The notes under the pieces: generated by a model
The model's database searches: none
Seen by the model: the letters and a program-made list of their open reading frames with translations, nothing else
What the model was told of the DNA's origin: nothing
Made by a program: the position numbers and the translations under genes
Origin: a virus
Lineage: Duplodnaviria; Caudoviricetes
Strand: one strand, 5' to 3'
IMG/VR virus record: IMGVR_UViG_3300032295_000988
Span: 1 to 30,239 of that record
Length of the DNA stretch: 30,239 bases
Shown here: in pieces, positions 25,746-30,239 of the stretch
Layout: the number at the start of each line of letters is the position of its first letter
Position numbering within the stretch: the stretch's first letter is position 1

Positions 25746-25919
25746 TTAATCCTTTGTTCTTTCAATCAGTTGATTTAACACTGCTACAGAAAATTGCAAT
25801 CTGCTTTGTGCTTTGTTCACGTCGGCCTGCGCACAACGTAGTTCGTTTGTGGCCTTGGCCACTTCTGCTAACAAACTCAACAACAGTTGGTTTGTGGTCT
25901 TTGAATCTATTACTTCCAT
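25746..25919 (-). CDS. Coiled-coil protein, 57 aa (MEVIDSKTTNQLLLSLLAEVAKATNELRCA...)
   Basis: Manual translation; fills the gap and is preceded by TAAATA at 25934-25939. Confidence 0.7.
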   Translation of the reverse strand: MEVIDSKTTNQLLLSLLAEVAKATNELRCAQADVNKAQSRLQFSVAVLNQLIERTKD

Positions 25920-25948
25920 TGATCTCTTTCTAATATTTAGTATGATAC

Positions 25949-25972
25949 AAAAAAGGGGCCTTGTGAGCCCCT
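25949..25972 (-). terminator. Rho-independent terminator after the major tail gene
   Basis: AGGGGC-TCACAAG-GCCCCT followed by a T run on the minus strand. Confidence 0.85.
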
Positions 25973-25992
25973 GTTTTGTTGTGCAATTCTGA

Positions 25993-26457
25993 TTAAGAAC
26001 TGGTCACAGTGTAGTCGCCGTCAACTGTGATAGTGATAGGTGTGACCCACACAGGTGAGTCTGCACTCACAGTAGGTGCCAAACCAGTCACATATCCCGT
26101 GCCAGAGATTGTGACGCCGTCACCAATGAACAAACTGAAATCACAATAGGATTTGTTTTTGCTCAAGTTGAACACGCCCAACTTGGCCGCAGTGTTTGCG
26201 GTTGCTGCTGTATTGCCGAAGAATGTTGTTTCGTCCAACACAATGTTCATGTCCAAACTGTTTGTTGCAGTTGTGGCCACGTTTTTCTTACTGCCGCTGT
26301 CCAATTGTGTCCAGGTAAACACATCGTTTGAGTTGTTTACTGTGACGTCTTGTAGTGCGGGGAGACTCATGCCAGTATCAGCAGAGACGCCATCCACAAA
26401 AAGTGTTAATGTGACTTGACGGCCTGCAACGCCTGGACTTGGATTGATATAACTCAT
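25993..26457 (-). CDS. Major tail (tube) protein
   Basis: 154 aa, beta-rich; ISGTGYVTGL...ITITVDG; followed by a terminator and the chaperones. Confidence 0.85.
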   Translation of the reverse strand: MSYINPSPGVAGRQVTLTLFVDGVSADTGMSLPALQDVTVNNSNDVFTWTQLDSGSKKNVATTATNSLDMNIVLDETTFFGNTAATANTAAKLGVFNLSKNKSYCDFSLFIGDGVTISGTGYVTGLAPTVSADSPVWVTPITITVDGDYTVTSS

Positions 26458-26475
26458 TTGAATTATCCTTTTCTT

Positions 26476-26874
26476 TTAATTTACTATCAGTTGTGTGAAA
26501 CTGAATTCAAACTGTGTGATCTGTGCATCATTCTCTAGACTGGTTGTGACCTGTGTGGTTCTCTGGGTTACCCCTGAAATACCTGTGGTCAGCCGGGCTG
26601 CGGAAATCATTGCTATCAGAGCAGCAAGGTTTGAGGGAACTTGTTTTGCGTCTGTTGTGACATAGGCACGAACTGTGGTGATTTGATTCACCACACCAGG
26701 CCCATTCAACACATCAATAAGGGGTTCCTGACTGACTTGATCTTGATCCACATAGATACTCTTGTAATTCTTAACATACAAAGGCGTGCCATTACTGTCC
26801 CAAGGCAGTTCAGCACTGGGATTGAATCCCGTGATTTTGTTTGCGTTCAAATAAGCAAGAATTTCTGATCTCAT
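26476..26874 (-). CDS. Tail terminator / completion protein
   Basis: Size and position directly before the tail tube gene. Confidence 0.6.
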   Translation of the reverse strand: MRSEILAYLNANKITGFNPSAELPWDSNGTPLYVKNYKSIYVDQDQVSQEPLIDVLNGPGVVNQITTVRAYVTTDAKQVPSNLAALIAMISAARLTTGISGVTQRTTQVTTSLENDAQITQFEFSFTQLIVN

Positions 26875-27383
26875 CGCACTCTCCGTAGATTGTAAATGCC
26901 GGGCATTTTCTCAGCCGCGGTCACTGTGCCAGCACCATCAAAGTCATACCAATCGCCAGCAGTGATGAGTTCACCAAACAGACCATTATATTTCTGTTGG
27001 TAATACCCCATCTTCTTGCGTTCGGCTGTGTCTTCGTCACCAAAGTTGGCAATGTAAGGCAGAATATAATCATACAATGCATAGTAGCAACAAAGTTCTG
27101 TAAAGTCTTCACGACGATTCAAAATCTTTGCGGCATTCAACGGGGGTATGTCAGCAACATTGTTGATGGCATTGCCCGATGTATTCATTTGTAGATAATA
27201 ACTCTGCCACCAATCTGTGGCTCTTAACTGGCTCAATATACGTTGTGTGCTACGAATCAATGCATCATCAACATAGTCAGCAGAAAGGCCTTCATTTTGT
27301 TCGAACAGACGAGCATCCAAAGCCTCAACATCGCCTGATGTGGCAAAACTTAAGACTTCTGAGCCGTATTCAATGAAAGCCAT
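26871..27383 (-). CDS. Head-tail connector / adaptor protein
   Basis: Helical 170-aa protein immediately after the capsid gene. Confidence 0.65.
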   Translation of the reverse strand: MAFIEYGSEVLSFATSGDVEALDARLFEQNEGLSADYVDDALIRSTQRILSQLRATDWWQSYYLQMNTSGNAINNVADIPPLNAAKILNRREDFTELCCYYALYDYILPYIANFGDEDTAERKKMGYYQQKYNGLFGELITAGDWYDFDGAGTVTAAEKMPGIYNLRRVR

Positions 27384-27395
27384 CTTGACTCCCGA

Positions 27396-28247
27396 TTACA
27401 GTGCGGCGTCGCCGATGATCTTGACACCATGGCTGGCTTGCAGAATAGATGCGCCAGCAACAGCAGTCAGAGTCATATCGCTTGCGCGATTCATTGATTG
27501 ACGTGTGACTTCCATAGAGATGGAACCACGCATGGCGTGACCCAGAGCACTGCGTGTGAACACAGCACCAATAGAGTCCGAGTCAGTGTCGATGCTCAAC
27601 AAGCCAGATTCAAAAATGCTCACGCCACCGATAGTGGTGATGTAGAAGTCGGACAGCACACTGTTGCCCAGGTTGCTCAATGCAGGAACATTGGTCTGGC
27701 TAGAGTATGTGAGTTGTTTCTTGATGTTGTAGCAAACTTTTGGATGCAACACAGCAAAGAAAGGACCTGTCAGTTTGTTGCTGCGCAGAGTGGCAGCGGC
27801 CTGCAGGATTGAGTCAGCAGTTACTTCAGCACCAGTTGAACCAACTGATTGTGAGAAACTTGTGAACAAGTTGAACACTTGTGTGTCAATGCTTTCAGCA
27901 ATGGCACGGCCTGCTTGGTCACCCAACTGGCTCATGACATTCATGTAGGCACTATCACGCAACATGTCAGTGACTTGGTTGTAAACAACGTGTTCGCTGA
28001 GTGTGATGGTGGCTGATGTGGTGTTGGTAGCAATGATAGTTGCTGCTGCCTCATCAGTGATGTTCTGTGCTGTGACTGATGCCCATACAGGAACTTGTAG
28101 GACTTTACCAGTGTTGAGTGGTGCGTCGAACACAGTGACCAATTGACGAGCAATTGAGTTTTCGTAGGCAGCAAATTGTGCCTGTGTGACCAGCGGCGCA
28201 AACAGTTCACTGTTGATGCTGGTGTTATTATCGGTAGGATAAGCCAT
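27396..28247 (-). CDS. Major capsid protein (HK97 fold)
   Basis: 283 aa after the scaffold; GRAIAESIDTQV, AVLHP and GGVSIFES motifs; strong AGGA RBS. Confidence 0.9.
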   Translation of the reverse strand: MAYPTDNNTSINSELFAPLVTQAQFAAYENSIARQLVTVFDAPLNTGKVLQVPVWASVTAQNITDEAAATIIATNTTSATITLSEHVVYNQVTDMLRDSAYMNVMSQLGDQAGRAIAESIDTQVFNLFTSFSQSVGSTGAEVTADSILQAAATLRSNKLTGPFFAVLHPKVCYNIKKQLTYSSQTNVPALSNLGNSVLSDFYITTIGGVSIFESGLLSIDTDSDSIGAVFTRSALGHAMRGSISMEVTRQSMNRASDMTLTAVAGASILQASHGVKIIGDAAL

Positions 28248-28274
28248 GGATATATTTCCTTGTTAATTTAGATA

Positions 28275-28955
28275 TCAAACGCGACCGGCCTTGCGGGCTT
28301 CCGCGTAAAGTTTACGGACTTCAGGATTCTTCATATCCATTTTAGAGAAGTCCATGGGGCCTGTTGAGCCACCACGCACCATGCTTTGTGAATTTGTTGT
28401 GGCAGGTGTTGCACCAACAAAATGCGGATTCGAATCTAGGAACTCCCGCACTATGTCATCGACTCCAATGGGTGCGCCAGCGTCGTTATAACGCACAGCA
28501 CCTTTGCTGTCAACAACTTCTACATCGCCGTCACTGTTCAATCTCAAATGTGGCTGCAACAATGTTCTCACTTGGTCAGGATTGACCGCACGGTATTTTG
28601 CTGCTGCATTCAACACCGGAGTGTTGACTTTGTATTCTTTGATCAGTGCATCTCTCTTTTGGATTTCTAAATCCTTTTTTGCAGCAAGTTCTTGTAGAGT
28701 TTTCTCAAATTCGCCACGCTTGATCTGCTGTTCTTGTTGACGCTTTTCAGCCTCAGAACGCAGTGTGCGCAGTTCTTCTGGATCGCCCAGGTCTTCATAG
28801 GGTTTCAATAACTTTTTTTGCAGACTGCCCTTCATACGGGCCATCATGTCATCTACTTCCTGTTGACTGTAAGACTTGCTTGCGGTTGCCTGATTGTCAG
28901 TTTCTGCTGCGGCATCAGTTGCCTCTGGTGTTGCCGATGTTTGTGATGAGTTCAT
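28275..28955 (-). CDS. Capsid scaffolding protein
   Basis: YSQQEVD, coiled coil, AVNPDQV, FLDSNPHFV and a basic C-terminal helix. Confidence 0.85.
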   Translation of the reverse strand: MNSSQTSATPEATDAAAETDNQATASKSYSQQEVDDMMARMKGSLQKKLLKPYEDLGDPEELRTLRSEAEKRQQEQQIKRGEFEKTLQELAAKKDLEIQKRDALIKEYKVNTPVLNAAAKYRAVNPDQVRTLLQPHLRLNSDGDVEVVDSKGAVRYNDAGAPIGVDDIVREFLDSNPHFVGATPATTNSQSMVRGGSTGPMDFSKMDMKNPEVRKLYAEARKAGRV

Positions 28956-28987
28956 CGTTTCTCTCGCCTCCCTTTAGAGTAATTGTT

Positions 28988-28995
28988 TATTTATA
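28988..28995 (-). promoter_or_regulatory. Perfect T4-type late promoter TATAAATA
   Basis: Exact match to the gp55 consensus, about 33 nt upstream of the scaffold ATG. Confidence 0.7.
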
Positions 28996-29004
28996 GACGC
29001 TGTG

Positions 29005-29058
29005 TTAATAGCGTGGTTTTGGACCAGGTCCTGGTTTCTTTTTCTTGTAAGCCATCAT
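29005..29058 (-). CDS. Micropeptide MMAYKKKKPGPGPKPRY
   Basis: AAGGAG RBS and ATGA overlap with the upstream small ORF. Confidence 0.5.
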   Translation of the reverse strand: MMAYKKKKPGPGPKPRY

Positions 29059-29141
29059 TTGCTCTCCTTTGGTGTGGGTATGTGAACAGTGCCAGGCACA
29101 GGTGTGCGTGGAGCACCGGGTAATCCGTTGCGTGGTTTCAT
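29055..29141 (-). CDS. Pro-rich micropeptide, 28 aa (MKPRNGLPGAPRTPVPG...)
   Basis: AGGAG RBS and ATGA overlaps on both sides. Confidence 0.45.
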   Translation of the reverse strand: MKPRNGLPGAPRTPVPGTVHIPTPKESK

Positions 29142-29446
29142 TCTATCTCTCCTAGTTGTCTTAATATGCTGCGAGCCCAGACCAGGCCTGCAGGTCCACC
29201 CCACAGCAAGTAGGCCTGTGTGCCTGGTGATTCAGTGCCAGGATCATAATAGGTCCGTGCCCTGCTGAGAAAACTATAGGTCCTGCGCACAGTGTCTAGA
29301 CTCACTGGATCACGTCCAGCAAACTGTCTTGCACGTGCCAAGCCCACTGCTGTGCCACCCTGGCGACTGGGTGTTTGTCGTGACCTCATGACCAAGCCAC
29401 GACGTGCGGCAGCAGCCATCTGTTGAGTGGCACGGTATGTGACCAT
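29138..29446 (-). CDS. Conserved head-associated basic protein
   Basis: ARRGL...GGTAVGLARARQ...TVRR...SF...AYLLWGG...W pattern, which I recall from phage head modules. Confidence 0.75.
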   Translation of the reverse strand: MVTYRATQQMAAAARRGLVMRSRQTPSRQGGTAVGLARARQFAGRDPVSLDTVRRTYSFLSRARTYYDPGTESPGTQAYLLWGGPAGLVWARSILRQLGEIE

Positions 29447-29604
29447 CAGCGTCTTCCGTCCGGTGATCTATAGCCAGCACGATAGGCAGCACGACCTTGC
29501 GCTGCGGCCTTTTCTTTGGCATCAGCACCGGTGTATATCTTACCGGTATCGCCCCAACGATAGCCCATCTTTCCATTGGGTCCAGGAACTCTCTTGACTG
29601 GCAT
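29446..29604 (-). CDS. Small basic protein, 52 aa (MPVKRVPGPNGKMGYRWGDTGKIYTG...)
   Basis: Manual translation; TAATG and TGATG coupling to both neighbours. Confidence 0.7.
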   Translation of the reverse strand: MPVKRVPGPNGKMGYRWGDTGKIYTGADAKEKAAAQGRAAYRAGYRSPDGRR

Positions 29605-30239
29605 TATGATTCCTCGCTGGCTTCTTCAATGGCATCTTCAATGCGGCCTTCCCAGGCTCTGCACCAATACACAGGGTTAACTGTTTCGTCCCACTTGCTA
29701 CAACCATTGGTGATTGCATCAAAGTATTCACAGTTGGCACAGTTCTCACCGGCAGGCACACCAGGTGTGGTGGCAGGCACATAGGCACTGGGCAGTCCGT
29801 CCTCATTGGTCAAGTATTTGGCAGGATTGTCCACGCCCAAATACTCCAACAACTTGTAGTCAATCACTTTGTAAACGCCCACATCTGTGGCAGTTTCTTT
29901 GGCCGTCTTCAACTGTGCAATTTCATTTTCAGTATCGCGAATGTTGAAACTGCCAGGATACTCAATGTGTCCGTCCCAGGTGGTGCCTTGATAGATAGCA
30001 AAGATTGTCCACAACTGTTCTTCTGCCAGTTCCAGGTTGTCGGCCTTTTCAGCCAGGCGTGCATTCAACAATTCAAATTCTGTTTGCAGTGCAATGCCAC
30101 TCATGGTTCTGGCTTCAGTGCCGCGTATGGCTCCGGTGTTGGCCATCTTGTCTATGACTTCTACCAGGTTGCGTTTCACAGCCAACATGGCTGTGACTTC
30201 AGCGCCAGACGCATCCAGGATGTAGGGTTTGAGTCCTGG
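29604..30239 (-). CDS. Portal protein, C-terminal part, with a HiPIP-like extension
   Basis: SGIALQTEFELLNARLAEKADNLELAEEQLW portal motif; in frame with 1..1026 through the terminal repeat. Confidence 0.9.
   Translation of the reverse strand, partial: PGLKPYILDASGAEVTAMLAVKRNLVEVIDKMANTGAIRGTEARTMSGIALQTEFELLNARLAEKADNLELAEEQLWTIFAIYQGTTWDGHIEYPGSFNIRDTENEIAQLKTAKETATDVGVYKVIDYKLLEYLGVDNPAKYLTNEDGLPSAYVPATTPGVPAGENCANCEYFDAITNGCSKWDETVNPVYWCRAWEGRIEDAIEEASEES
30117..30239. repeat. Terminal direct repeat, copy 2
   Basis: Identical to 1-123. Confidence 0.97.

Noticed and set aside
1-30239. tRNA genes, CRISPR arrays, alternative genetic code
   Set aside because: No cloverleaf or repeat-spacer pattern seen by eye, and genes tile densely under the standard code.

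Overview
A complete, circularly assembled genome of a small tailed phage with a long non-contractile-tail gene set. A 123-bp direct repeat (1-123 = 30117-30239) gives a unit length of 30,116 bp, and the portal gene runs across the junction. All credible genes but one are on the minus strand. Morphogenesis order: terS/terL, portal (with a C-terminal HiPIP-like 4-Cys domain), small basic peptides, scaffold, major capsid, neck, major tail, frameshifted tail chaperones, tape measure, tail tip, fibres. The accessory region (about 2.7-11.4 kb) holds three glycosyltransferase-like genes plus an FkbM methyltransferase, an AAA ATPase, a DUF4258-like nuclease, NUMOD/HNH-like proteins and three structured non-coding elements. 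I recognised no DNA polymerase, primase/helicase, integrase, repressor, sigma factor or endolysin. Yet many transcription units start at T4-late-promoter-like TAAATA boxes, and only three canonical sigma70 promoters are evident. Main hypothesis (inference): a virion-encoding satellite that depends on a large T4-like helper phage for late transcription and replication. All family assignments are from motif recognition by eye; no database searches were run.
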